Counted from the first letter of the stretch, positions 48,189 to 57,644 are shown. The stretch: 63,907 bases of DNA from Novosphingobium sp. (GCA_031410955.1 JANOAD010000255.1:1-63907); one strand, 5' to 3'. The notes: generated by a model not told the origin, from the letters alone. Made by a program: numbers and translations.

Positions 48189-49253
48189 ATGATGAGCATG
48201 CAGGAAAAGATCAAGCCAGCCTCGGCCGCGTCGGTGCCCGATGACATGGCGATGCTGCGCGCGGCGGTGGAGCTGACCCGCGATATTTCGGCCGCGCGGG
48301 GGAGCATCTACTGGCCCGACATGCTGCTGTCGGCGGCGATCGGCTATGCCGCGATGGCGGGCGCAATCCTCACCCCTGAGTGGCCAATAGCGCTGGGCTT
48401 TGCCGCACTGGCCGTGCTCGCGCTGTACCGGGCGCTGCTGTTCATCCACGAGCTCACGCATATCCACCGCACCGCGCTGCCGGGCTTTCGCACCGTGTGG
48501 AATCTGCTGGTCGGTATCCCGATGCTCACGCCAAGCTTCATGTACGAGAACGTCCATACGCTGCACCACGCGCGCACCCGCTATGGCACGGCGGAGGACC
48601 CGGAATACCTGCCGCTCGCGCTGATGAAGCCGTGGTCGCTCCCCGCGTTTATCCTGATCGCCGCCTTGCTGCCGATCGGGCTGCTGATCCGTTCGGCGGT
48701 GCTGGTGCCGCTGGGCGCGGTGGTCCCGCGCTTGCGCAAGCTGGTGTGGGAACGCGCCTCGTCGCTCTCGATCAACCCCGATTTCCGCCGCCGTCCGCCC
48801 GTGGGCGATTTTGCGCGGATGGTGCACTGGCAGGAGTTTGGGACTTTCGTGTGGTCGTGGACGCTCATCGCCAGCACGCAGGCGCTCGGCTGGCGGCCCT
48901 TGCTGATCGCGCTGGCGGTGGTTGCAGCGACCGCGGTGTTCAACCAGATCCGCACCCTGGTGGCGCACCTGTGGCAGAACGAGGGCGAGCCGATGACGGT
49001 TACCGCGCAGTACCTCGATTCGGTCAATGTCCCCCCGCCGGGGCTGTGGGCCGAGCTGTGGGCCCCGGTCGGGCTGCGCTATCACGCGCTGCACCACTTG
49101 CTGCCCTCGATGCCTTATCACTCGCTCGCCGAAGCGCACCGCCGGCTGGCGGACAAGCTGGGCACGGGTTCAACCTATGCGCAGGCGAACTACCCGGGAT
49201 TGTTCCCGCTGGTCGCCCGGATCGCGCGCAGCACGATGCTGCGCGGGCGCTGA
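48189..49253 (+). CDS. Membrane fatty acid desaturase/hydroxylase
   Basis: Three His boxes (HELTH, HTLHH, HALHH) with TM segments. Confidence 0.88.
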   Translation: MMSMQEKIKPASAASVPDDMAMLRAAVELTRDISAARGSIYWPDMLLSAAIGYAAMAGAILTPEWPIALGFAALAVLALYRALLFIHELTHIHRTALPGFRTVWNLLVGIPMLTPSFMYENVHTLHHARTRYGTAEDPEYLPLALMKPWSLPAFILIAALLPIGLLIRSAVLVPLGAVVPRLRKLVWERASSLSINPDFRRRPPVGDFARMVHWQEFGTFVWSWTLIASTQALGWRPLLIALAVVAATAVFNQIRTLVAHLWQNEGEPMTVTAQYLDSVNVPPPGLWAELWAPVGLRYHALHHLLPSMPYHSLAEAHRRLADKLGTGSTYAQANYPGLFPLVARIARSTMLRGR

Positions 49254-49256
49254 GCC

Positions 49257-50354
49257 CTATTCTTCGGTTCTGACCAGCACGGTCTCGCCGATCAGCAGGA
49301 ACAGCAGGAACGGTGCCCAGGCGGCGATCAGCGGGGAATAGCCGCCGAAGTTGCCCATCGCCAGCGCGGCGTTGTCGACCACGAAATAGGTAAAGCCCAG
49401 CGCCATGCCGGCCACCGCGCGGATCAGCAGCGTGCCCGAGCGCGCGAGGCCGAAGGCGGCGACCGAACCGAGCAGCGGCATCAGCATTGCCGAGAGCGGG
49501 CCGGACAGCTTGTGCCACCACTTGGCCTCAAGCTCGCTGGTCCGTCGGCCCGAAGCCTTGACCGCCTGGATCGAGCGCGCGAGCTTGAAGACGTTCTGGC
49601 CGTCTGGATCGACCTTGGTAATCGCCATCTGCGCCGGGGTCACCCCGGGGGAAACGACCTGGCTGGGCTGGGCGAGCTGCGCGGTGGTCGCGACATCGAA
49701 CCGCGTCGGGCTCTCAAGCCGCCAGCCCGGCGCCGCATAGGTCGCCCGCGGGCTGCGCAGCTGCTGCACAATCATGCCGGCGGCGTCGCGCTGGTACCAG
49801 GTGACCCCGGTCATGACGATGTCCTTGCCGCTGCCCGTCACTGCCGCGGCGGCCAGGATGTTGTTGCCGTCGGGCACGTAGACGTTGCTGCGCACCCCGC
49901 TGTCAGGGGGAACCGGGTGGTACTTGTTGGCGTTCCATTGCTTGAGTTCGCCCGTTGCGGGCGCGACCACGGTCTCGTTGAAGACCAGGCTGACCAGCGA
50001 TACCGCAGCCGCGGTGAGCAGCATCGGCGCGAGGATCTGGTGCGCGGAAAGCCCGCCCGCGCGCATCGCGATGATCTCGCTGTTCTGGTTGAGCGGGGCC
50101 AGGGTGAACAGCGTCGCCAACAGCACCGCATAGGGCAGGAACCGCGCAATCAGGGCCGGCACATTGAGCGAGACATACCGCAAAAGCTCGGCCTGCCCGT
50201 TACCGGGCACTGCCAGGATATCGCCGCTTTCGGACAAGAGTTGGAGCGATTGCAGGACCAGCACCAGCATCACCAGCACGGCCAGGATCCGCACCACGAA
50301 CAGCCGCGCGAGGTAAAGGGTCAACGTGCGCGAAGGAAACATGCCGGACAGCAT
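49257..50354 (-). CDS. lptG: LptG/YjgQ family ABC permease
   Basis: LNQNSEIIAMRAGGLS, periplasmic jellyroll region, IAAWAPF; TGATG-coupled to lptF. Confidence 0.85.
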   Translation of the reverse strand: MLSGMFPSRTLTLYLARLFVVRILAVLVMLVLVLQSLQLLSESGDILAVPGNGQAELLRYVSLNVPALIARFLPYAVLLATLFTLAPLNQNSEIIAMRAGGLSAHQILAPMLLTAAAVSLVSLVFNETVVAPATGELKQWNANKYHPVPPDSGVRSNVYVPDGNNILAAAAVTGSGKDIVMTGVTWYQRDAAGMIVQQLRSPRATYAAPGWRLESPTRFDVATTAQLAQPSQVVSPGVTPAQMAITKVDPDGQNVFKLARSIQAVKASGRRTSELEAKWWHKLSGPLSAMLMPLLGSVAAFGLARSGTLLIRAVAGMALGFTYFVVDNAALAMGNFGGYSPLIAAWAPFLLFLLIGETVLVRTEE

Positions 50355-51568
50355 CACGTGGCCTCCGCCGGGCTGGTGCCGCTGCTGCGGTTCCACAGCC
50401 CCCGCAGCCGCTTGGCGAGATTGGCCGACACCTTCTCGAGCGCGCCGATCGCCTGCCCGCCGGGGACATAGGCCACCCGCCAGTACATCCACATGATCAG
50501 CGCGGAGAACAGCGCGAAGGGCACCCACAGGATGAGTTCGGGCGGGAAACGCCCCTGCGCCGCAGCGGCTTGCCCGTATTCGTTGATCTTGTGATAGGCG
50601 ACCACCATCAGGATCGAGAGGAACACACCGAGCGACGAGGTCGAGCGCTTGGGCGGCACCGCCAGCGCCACCGCGAGCAAGGGCAAGAGCAGCATCATCA
50701 CCACCTCGACCAGCCGGAAATTGAGGCTCGCCCGGGTTTCGTTCTTGAGCTGCTTGGTCGCGGTATTGCTCCAGCCGATCTTCAGCAGTTCGGGCAGGAT
50801 ATATTCGCGTTCCTTGCCGCCGCGCTGGCGGAAGCGTTCGATCGCGGGCAGGTCGATCGGCAGGTCGTGGCGCGAGAAGCTGAGCACACGTGGGCTCATG
50901 CCGGGCTCATCCTGGATGATCTGGCCTTGGGTGAGGCGCAGGATGATCGTGTCGGGGCTGTCCTTCAGCGCGAGGAACATGCCCTCGCGCGCCGAAATCG
51001 TCGCGACCTGGCCCTTGGGCGAGGAAAACCGGGCGAAAATGCCGGTCAGTTTGTGGCCGTTGTCGTCGGACTGTTCGATCCGCAGCGCCACCTTGTCCTG
51101 CAGCGTGGTGAACTCGCCCACCTTGATCGAGGCGCCGAGCGCGCCCGAGCGCAGCTCGAAGTCGAGCTGTTCGTAGTAATAGCGGGCCAGCGGCTGCAGG
51201 TACCCCACGATCGCCAGGTTGAGCGCGGCGAGCACAATGGTGATCGCATAGGGGACCCGGAGCAGCCGGGTATAGCTCAGCCCCACCGCGCGCATCACGT
51301 CGAGCTCGCTGCTTGTCGCCAGCTTGCGGAAGGCAAACAGGATGCCCAGCATCAGACCCAGCGGGATCGCGAGGCCAGCATACTCGGGCAGCAGGTTAGC
51401 CAGCATCTTGAACACGATCGAGATCGGTCCGCCTTCGTTGCCGACGAACTCGAACAGCTTGAGCATCTTGTCGAGCATCATCAGCGATGCGGCGATCACG
51501 AACACCGCCAGCATGGGCATCAGCACCAGCCGGAAGATGTAGCGGTCAATGGCGGGAATGAATTTCAA
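50354..51568 (-). CDS. lptF: LptF/YjgP family ABC permease
   Basis: IDRYIFR, LATSSELDVMRAVGLS, PPKRS, ILWVPF; TTG start. Confidence 0.85.
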   Translation of the reverse strand: MKFIPAIDRYIFRLVLMPMLAVFVIAASLMMLDKMLKLFEFVGNEGGPISIVFKMLANLLPEYAGLAIPLGLMLGILFAFRKLATSSELDVMRAVGLSYTRLLRVPYAITIVLAALNLAIVGYLQPLARYYYEQLDFELRSGALGASIKVGEFTTLQDKVALRIEQSDDNGHKLTGIFARFSSPKGQVATISAREGMFLALKDSPDTIILRLTQGQIIQDEPGMSPRVLSFSRHDLPIDLPAIERFRQRGGKEREYILPELLKIGWSNTATKQLKNETRASLNFRLVEVVMMLLLPLLAVALAVPPKRSTSSLGVFLSILMVVAYHKINEYGQAAAAQGRFPPELILWVPFALFSALIMWMYWRVAYVPGGQAIGALEKVSANLAKRLRGLWNRSSGTSPAEAT

Positions 51569-51707
51569 ACTTGGCCTTGCAAACGGGGGCTACGCGCTGG
51601 GACGGCGGATGAGTGCCATAACCGCCTGTTCGGCAGGGTGAAAGCGGCATTTGGCCCAGCCCGTCACAACCAGCGCAACTTTCGCCGCGGCGAGGCGTTG
51701 ATATGGC

Positions 51708-52931
51708 ATGTCTGGCACGCCCCTTCGTACGGTCGTTGGAACTCTCGGGTGCATCGCCGCGCTATCGGTGCTGGGCGGTTGCGCCGGCCAGAAGGGTCAA
51801 CCTCAGGCAGCGGCGTCGCCGCATCTTGCCCTTGCCGGAGCGAGCTTTGCGGCGGATGGCACGGCGAGTATCAAGACGGTTCCGGCCACGCCGTACCCCG
51901 CCGAGCCGCCGCCCGCGCCGGGCAAGGTGGAATCGCTGGTCGAGCGGTTCGCCCGCGAAAACGGCCTGACCCTCGCTCAGGCCGAGGCCCGGATCAATGG
52001 CGATGCAGGTTTCCGCGCCGACACGGAGCGGCTGGGCGAAGTCCTGCGGCGCGAGCAATCGGCCAATTTCCTCGGTTTCAGGGTGGTGCGCGATCCGGCG
52101 GTGGCGGTTGAAGTGTCGTTTTCGCACGATGCCGCGAAAACCCTCGCGCGCTATACCAAAGACCCCCGCTTCCGGCCGGTCAGCGCGAGCAGAACACCGG
52201 CGCAGATGGAAGCCTTGTCAAACCTGTGGCTAGGCAGGTTGCAGCAAGCCGGGGTAAACTCGACTATGGGGCGCAACGATCTGGACGGGCGGCTCGACAT
52301 TGATCTTGGCATCAGCGCCGAAGAGTGGCGCGGCGTGGCGCGCGCGCATGGGTGGACCTGGGACAATGAAGTCCGGTTCACCTATGCCGCGCCGGCCCCG
52401 CCCGCGCTGCGCGAGCCGGGTCTGGCCGCAGCGATCCGGGTCTTCCCGCGCGCGGCCAGTGCGGCGACGATCGTGCTCACCTCGGCTACCTACGGCCGGG
52501 TGGTGCTCGATCACGGCTGTTTCCGCCTCGCTGCGGATCGCGGCCTCGGCAGTCTGGTGCTGTTCGACCGCAGCGCCACGCTCGGCCGCGATGCGGAAGG
52601 CTATCTGACGATCTTCGAAGGCGCCAAGCCTGCATCGCGGATCGGCGAACGGGCAATCTGGGGCGGCTATCCGGGTGCCGACGAAGGCAATCCAGACGTC
52701 AAGGCCTTGCGCCGGGCCTGCGGGAGCGGACCGATCGCCAGCGTGGGGGTGCCGGTCAGCGAGCGCACTTTCGCGCTGCCGTATCCGGAATGGGTCGCGA
52801 ATTATGCGCGGGCCAAGCAAGTGACCTACCGCCAGGCCTGGACCACGATCCTTGCTTGCATGAAGCGGCGCGAGGCCGATGGCGCGCACGGACTTGAGCT
52901 GCGCGAAGGGTGTTACACCCAGTTCAATTGA
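51708..52931 (+). CDS. Hypothetical lipoprotein
   Basis: Signal peptide with lipobox LGGC; 407-aa ORF with host-like codons. Confidence 0.65.
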   Translation: MSGTPLRTVVGTLGCIAALSVLGGCAGQKGQPQAAASPHLALAGASFAADGTASIKTVPATPYPAEPPPAPGKVESLVERFARENGLTLAQAEARINGDAGFRADTERLGEVLRREQSANFLGFRVVRDPAVAVEVSFSHDAAKTLARYTKDPRFRPVSASRTPAQMEALSNLWLGRLQQAGVNSTMGRNDLDGRLDIDLGISAEEWRGVARAHGWTWDNEVRFTYAAPAPPALREPGLAAAIRVFPRAASAATIVLTSATYGRVVLDHGCFRLAADRGLGSLVLFDRSATLGRDAEGYLTIFEGAKPASRIGERAIWGGYPGADEGNPDVKALRRACGSGPIASVGVPVSERTFALPYPEWVANYARAKQVTYRQAWTTILACMKRREADGAHGLELREGCYTQFN

Positions 52932-53009
52932 TGGTGCTGGGTGCGCTATTTGCCTCCGCGAATAGCTTGGTGCCAGGAAAACCCGCATGGGTTTTCCACA
53001 CCAGTCAAA

Positions 53010-53384
53010 CTACGCTTTTTCCAGCGTGCATTGCAGCGGGTGGCTGTTCTGGCGGGCGAAATCCATCACCTGGTTGACCTTGGTTTCGGCCACTTCGTAA
53101 GTGAACACGCCGCAGACGCCGACGCCCTTCTGGTGGACGTGCAGCATCACCCGGGTCGCCGCTTCGAGGTCCATCTGGAAAAACCGCTTCAAGACCATCA
53201 CCACGAATTCCATCGGGGTGTAATCGTCGTTGAGCAGCAGCACCTTGAACTGGCTGGGTTTCTTGGGCTTGGTCCGGGTCTTGGTGGCGACCCCGACCTG
53301 GTCCGCCCCGTCCACACCGCCGTCCTTGCGCTCATCGTCAGAGGCGCGCGTCAGGGGCAGGAAAGGATCGTTCAAAGTCAACAT
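53010..53384 (-). CDS. clpS: ATP-dependent Clp protease adaptor ClpS
   Basis: [40 protein letters not shown]; start uncertain. Confidence 0.95.
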   Translation of the reverse strand: MLTLNDPFLPLTRASDDERKDGGVDGADQVGVATKTRTKPKKPSQFKVLLLNDDYTPMEFVVMVLKRFFQMDLEAATRVMLHVHQKGVGVCGVFTYEVAETKVNQVMDFARQNSHPLQCTLEKA

Positions 53385-53452
53385 GGCACCAGAATATCGT
53401 ATCGCGCGGCCACGGAACAAGGCCTTGCGCCCCGTCCTGCCGCAAACAGTTT

Positions 53453-53497
53453 AGCAAAAACGAAATGGGCCGGACAGCCCGAAAGCTGTCCAGCCCA
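53453..53497 (-). terminator. Rho-independent terminator after the phasin gene
   Basis: GGGCTGGACAGC-TTTCGG-GCTGTCCGGCCC followed by ATTTCGTTTTTG on the minus strand. Confidence 0.75.
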
Positions 53498-53559
53498 ATT
53501 CAAGGTCGCGGCCCGGCGGGGAGAGGGAGAGTGCCGGGTCCGCGAGGAGCAGTCGCCGA

Positions 53560-54330
53560 TTAGGCGGCCTGCTTGACCTTTTCGACAGCCAGGCTGACGC
53601 GGGTCGAGATCGGCGCGAACGCGTCACCGGCCAGCTTGACCATGGCTTCCGAGCTCTTCGAAGTCGCGGCAACCGCGGCGTCGAAGTTGCGGCGCATGAT
53701 TTCGCCCTGCAGCTTGAAGAAGTCAGCCGGGGTCTTGACCGCGGCAACTTCCTTGACGTCGGCGGTCACGGTTTCGACCACGCCCTTGGCATCAGCGACA
53801 TAGGCCTTGCCCATGTCCTGCAGGCCAGCGGCGAGGATCTTGCCCGATTCGACCACGGCGTCGAAGTTGCCCTTGGTGAATTCGGTGTATTCGGTCGCAT
53901 AGGCCGAGGTCTTTTCGAACGCGGCCTTGGCACGGTCCTGGGCGTCGGTCATCGCGGTCTTCACCTTGGCGGTGAAATCTTCGGTGGTGGTCTTGGTCTT
54001 GGTCATGATGGTATCCTTGAGCTTGGTGATCTGGGTAACCTTGACCGGAGCCTTGGCGGCCGCCGGCTTGATGATTTTCTTCGTGGCAGGCTTGGCAGCC
54101 GCCTTCTTTACGGAAGCAGTTTTGGCTGCGACCTTCTTGGCCTTGGCAGCGACCGGCTTCGGCGCGGCGACCTTGGCGGCAGCGACCGGAGCGGCCTTGA
54201 CTTGAGTCTTCGGAGCTTCAGCCTTCGGTGCGACTTCGGCAGCAGCAGCGGCGTAAGCCTTCTCGGCCGCGGCTTCGGCCTTGGCGAGATCGATCTTGGC
54301 TTCGGTCCCGTTGGCGGGGGTGGTGGCCAT
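53560..54330 (-). CDS. phaP: Phasin with Lys/Ala/Pro-rich N-terminal extension
   Basis: C-terminal phasin domain (EFTKGNFDAVVESGKI, VKTPADFFKLQ, AFAPIS); AAGGA SD before ATG 54330; next to phaC. Confidence 0.85.
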   Translation of the reverse strand: MATTPANGTEAKIDLAKAEAAAEKAYAAAAAEVAPKAEAPKTQVKAAPVAAAKVAAPKPVAAKAKKVAAKTASVKKAAAKPATKKIIKPAAAKAPVKVTQITKLKDTIMTKTKTTTEDFTAKVKTAMTDAQDRAKAAFEKTSAYATEYTEFTKGNFDAVVESGKILAAGLQDMGKAYVADAKGVVETVTADVKEVAAVKTPADFFKLQGEIMRRNFDAAVAATSKSSEAMVKLAGDAFAPISTRVSLAVEKVKQAA

Positions 54331-54378
54331 TGTCATAATCCTTCGCATCGCATGGCGGCGCCGACCATCGGCACGCCT

Positions 54379-54442
54379 ATGTTGCAATGCACAAAATAGT
54401 TATTGCGAGTGCGAAGTCAAGAGTTTTTGTGCAGTGCAGCAT
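54379..54442 (-). promoter_or_regulatory. Phasin promoter flanked by two inverted PhaR-type boxes
   Basis: ATGTTGCAATGCACAAAA (54379-54396) and TTTTGTGCAGTGCAGCAT (54425-54442) are 16/18 inverted, each containing TGC-N3-GCA. Minus-strand TTGACT-N16-TATTTT lies between them, with its -10 overlapping the first box. Confidence 0.7.
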
Positions 54443-54473
54443 AAAACATGGTTTATGCTTTCAGACAAAGGAC

Positions 54474-56372
54474 TTACCGCGCCTTGACGTAGCTCCCGGG
54501 TGCCTCTTCGAGCACCGTATCGCCCGCGCTTCCGGGTATGCGTTTGCCCGTTACAGCCACTTTGGCGCCGTCCTGCTGCGCGATCCATTCAATCCAGTGC
54601 GGCCACCAGCTCCCCGGCGTCTCGCTCGCCCCGGCGACGAATTCAGCGAAACTTTCGGCTGCGTCCGGATTGGTCCAGTACTGGTATTTACCCGAACTCG
54701 GCGGGTTGACCACCCCGGCGATGTGGCCCGAACCGGCGAGCACGAAGGTCTTGGGGCCGCGCAGGTGATGCATCATCCGCCAGACGCTTTCGGCGGGGGC
54801 AATGTGATCCTCGCGGCCGGCCTGGATATAGGCCGGGGTTTCGATCCGGGTCAGGTCGATCGGCGTACCGTCGGCACTAAGCAAATCGGGCACCACCAGC
54901 TTGTTGTCGCGGTAGAGGTCCTTGAGGTACGACATGTGCCACTTGGCCGGCAAGTTGGTGACGTCGCCATTCCAGTGGAGCAGGTCGAAGGCCGGATAGT
55001 CGTCGCCCAAGAGGTAGTTGTTGACCACGTAGTTCCAGATGAGGTCGGTGCCGCGCAGCAGGTTGAAGGTCGCGGCCATGACCCGCCCGTCGAGATAGCC
55101 GGTCTGCGCCGAAAGCTTTTCGAGCGCGGCCAGCTGCTGGTCGTCGATGAACACTTTCAATTCGCCGCCCAGTTCGAAATCGACCTGCGCGGTGAAGAAG
55201 GTCGCGCTCTTCACCTTGGCGGCCTCACCGCGCCGGGCCAGAATCGCCAGCGCCGCCGCCAGCGTGGTGCCGGCCACGCAATAGCCGATCGTATGCACCG
55301 CTTCGACTCCGAGCCGCGCCCGGATCGTATCAAGCGCATCGATCTCGGCGCGGATGTAATCGTCCCATTCTAGTCCGGCCATGCTCGCATCGGCTGATTT
55401 CCACGAGACCACGAAGGTGCTGAGGCCCTGGTCGACCGCCCAGCGGATAAAGCTTTTCTGCGGGGACAGGTCGAGAATGTAGAACCGGTTGATCCACGGC
55501 GGGAAGATCACCAGCGGGGTCTCGAACACCTCCTCGGTGGTCGGCGCATAGTGGATCAGCTGGTACAGCGGGGTTTCATGCACCACCTTGCCCGGCGCAG
55601 TGGCGATGTTCTCGCCCACCCTGAAAGCCGCGGGGTCGACGTGAGTCAACTGCCCGCGCTTGAGGTCGCCCAGCAGGTGCTGCATGCCCTTGGTCAGGCT
55701 TTCACCTTTGGTCGCCAGGGCGCGTTCCATCACCAGCGGGTTGGTCAGCGCGAAGTTCGCGGGGCTCAGCATCTCGACCAGGGTGCGCGCGGCAAAGCGC
55801 AATTGCTCGGCGCGGGCCTGGTCGGTCGCCGGAGCAGCCTCGGCCATGGCCATGACCTGTTCGGCAAGCATCAGATAGGTCTGGTGCACCACTGCGTAAA
55901 ACGGCTGTTCGCGCCACTTGGGGTCCTTGAAGCGGCGGTCGGAACGGGGCAGTGCGGGGGCCTCGGCGGCAGTACCCGCTGCCTTGGGGCCGATGCCGTA
56001 CTGGCCGAGAACGCTCTGCCACAGCGTCAGACTGTCATCCCACAGCTTCTTCTGCACCTCGGGCCGGGCCAGCGGCAGCGCACCGATCCAGCGCTGGAGC
56101 ATTTCGGCAAAGCCGCCCGGTTGGGTGAGCATCGCCGGAAGCTGCGCTCCGGCAGCGGAAATCTGTCCCTGCTGGAATTCGAGCCACTGCGCCTGCATCT
56201 TCTGCGCCGCCGCAGCCCAGGCCGCGAAATCGTCTGCCGCAGGCGGGGTGAGCGGCGCGGTCGCGCCCGGCATGAACTGGGTGAACAGCTTCTGCGGCGC
56301 GGCGATCATTTCGGCGAACACATCGGCAGGGCTCGTGTCGCCGGTCAGGTTCTCGCCGCTGTGATCAGTCAT
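54474..56372 (-). CDS. phaC: Class I poly(3-hydroxyalkanoate) synthase
   Basis: DRRF, SPANF.LTNP, PPWINRFYILDL, lipase box GYCVAG, EDHIAP, SGHIAG, GSWW; GGAG SD. Confidence 0.95.
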   Translation of the reverse strand: MTDHSGENLTGDTSPADVFAEMIAAPQKLFTQFMPGATAPLTPPAADDFAAWAAAAQKMQAQWLEFQQGQISAAGAQLPAMLTQPGGFAEMLQRWIGALPLARPEVQKKLWDDSLTLWQSVLGQYGIGPKAAGTAAEAPALPRSDRRFKDPKWREQPFYAVVHQTYLMLAEQVMAMAEAAPATDQARAEQLRFAARTLVEMLSPANFALTNPLVMERALATKGESLTKGMQHLLGDLKRGQLTHVDPAAFRVGENIATAPGKVVHETPLYQLIHYAPTTEEVFETPLVIFPPWINRFYILDLSPQKSFIRWAVDQGLSTFVVSWKSADASMAGLEWDDYIRAEIDALDTIRARLGVEAVHTIGYCVAGTTLAAALAILARRGEAAKVKSATFFTAQVDFELGGELKVFIDDQQLAALEKLSAQTGYLDGRVMAATFNLLRGTDLIWNYVVNNYLLGDDYPAFDLLHWNGDVTNLPAKWHMSYLKDLYRDNKLVVPDLLSADGTPIDLTRIETPAYIQAGREDHIAPAESVWRMMHHLRGPKTFVLAGSGHIAGVVNPPSSGKYQYWTNPDAAESFAEFVAGASETPGSWWPHWIEWIAQQDGAKVAVTGKRIPGSAGDTVLEEAPGSYVKAR

Positions 56373-56476
56373 CGCAAACTCCATCGCGTAGGCAAGCTAC
56401 CAGCGCGTTACAAACCCATCCGCTCCTCACCCCCAGCGTTGGCAGCTATCGCCGCGCAGTGCAACGCGCATAGGTA

Positions 56477-56947
56477 TTAGCGTGCGAGGCAACGCGCAGT
56501 GCCAATCCGCTTATACTCGCCGTGGAACTTGGGCATGTTTTCGCTGCGGTCTCCGAAGTCATAGCCATCGCCGACATAGAGATCGATCTCGCGCCCGCCC
56601 GGCCAGTCCTTGGCGTCGAGCTCCCAAGTGTTGATCTGGATATTCTTGGTCTGGGTGCCCCATTTGGCATGGCCGTGCAGCGCAAAGTTTCCGCCGGCAT
56701 GCTTCATCAGGAAGCGGAACAGGACCGGGCCGCACTGGCCCTTCGCGCCGACGCTGACCCCGCAGAAATCCTTGCCGCACTGCGCGATGTCGATCGTGCG
56801 GTACATCTGCCCCTTGGCGGTGAACACCGGCTTGTCCTCGTTCACCGTCCAGCGCCCGTAATAGGGGCTGGTTCCAGCGGCAAACGCCGGAACCGCGGCA
56901 AACAGGCCAATCGACAGCGCGGCGACGGAATGGAATAAGGCCTTCAT
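56477..56947 (-). CDS. Hypothetical secreted protein (weakly DUF2147-like)
   Basis: Signal peptide ending AFA; YGRW and IDIAQCGKDFCG; GGAGAG SD. Confidence 0.6.
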   Translation of the reverse strand: MKALFHSVAALSIGLFAAVPAFAAGTSPYYGRWTVNEDKPVFTAKGQMYRTIDIAQCGKDFCGVSVGAKGQCGPVLFRFLMKHAGGNFALHGHAKWGTQTKNIQINTWELDAKDWPGGREIDLYVGDGYDFGDRSENMPKFHGEYKRIGTARCLAR

Positions 56948-57602
56948 GTCACTCTCCCCCACAGGATCGGTTCACGCGTCCAGCCCGCTACGCCGGGTAC
57001 TGCGCGGCGCGATCCTAGCAGCACTGGCGCTGTTTGTAATCCGCACTGCGGTGCTCGCGCTCACTTCGCCATGGCAGGTTGACGATTTCCCCGAGGCTCT
57101 GGCGGTCAAGGTCGAGCTACTGCCGTGGATCTTCCCGCTGCACATGATCACGGGGGGGCTCGTGCTGCTGCTGATCCCGGCGACCCTGCTGGCGCGCAAA
57201 CGCCCGCGCTGGCACCGTCCGCTGGGGCGGATCACCGCCATGGTGGTGCTCACCGCCGGGCTGACCGCCTTTCCAGTCGCGCTGATTGCGCCGGTTACCC
57301 CGGTGTCGGCCTGGGGCTTCGCCGCGCAGGGCGCAGCCTGGCTCGTGCTGCTCGGCATCGGGCTGCGCAATATCAGGCTGCGGCGCTTGGCTGCTCATCG
57401 CGCCGCGATGCTGCTGATGGCTGCGACCACCACTGGCGCGGTGTTCTTCCGGATCTACCTCGCGCTGTGGGCGATCTTCGGCGACATGCGCCATTACGAG
57501 ATGTTCTACGCTCTCGACGCATGGATTGCGTGGACATTCCCGCTGATCGGCATGGCGATTTTTCTCAAACGCACTGGCGCGAGCCCGCTCGATCACCGAT
57601 AA
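56946..57602 (+). CDS. DUF2306-like membrane protein
   Basis: LHMITGG, WHRPLGR, HRAAM, FRIY, WIAW pattern with about 6 TM helices; start uncertain. Confidence 0.65.
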   Translation: MSLSPTGSVHASSPLRRVLRGAILAALALFVIRTAVLALTSPWQVDDFPEALAVKVELLPWIFPLHMITGGLVLLLIPATLLARKRPRWHRPLGRITAMVVLTAGLTAFPVALIAPVTPVSAWGFAAQGAAWLVLLGIGLRNIRLRRLAAHRAAMLLMAATTTGAVFFRIYLALWAIFGDMRHYEMFYALDAWIAWTFPLIGMAIFLKRTGASPLDHR

Positions 57603-57644
57603 GCGCATGGCGCGGCATTTTCGCGCAAGCAATGGAAAGGTCCA

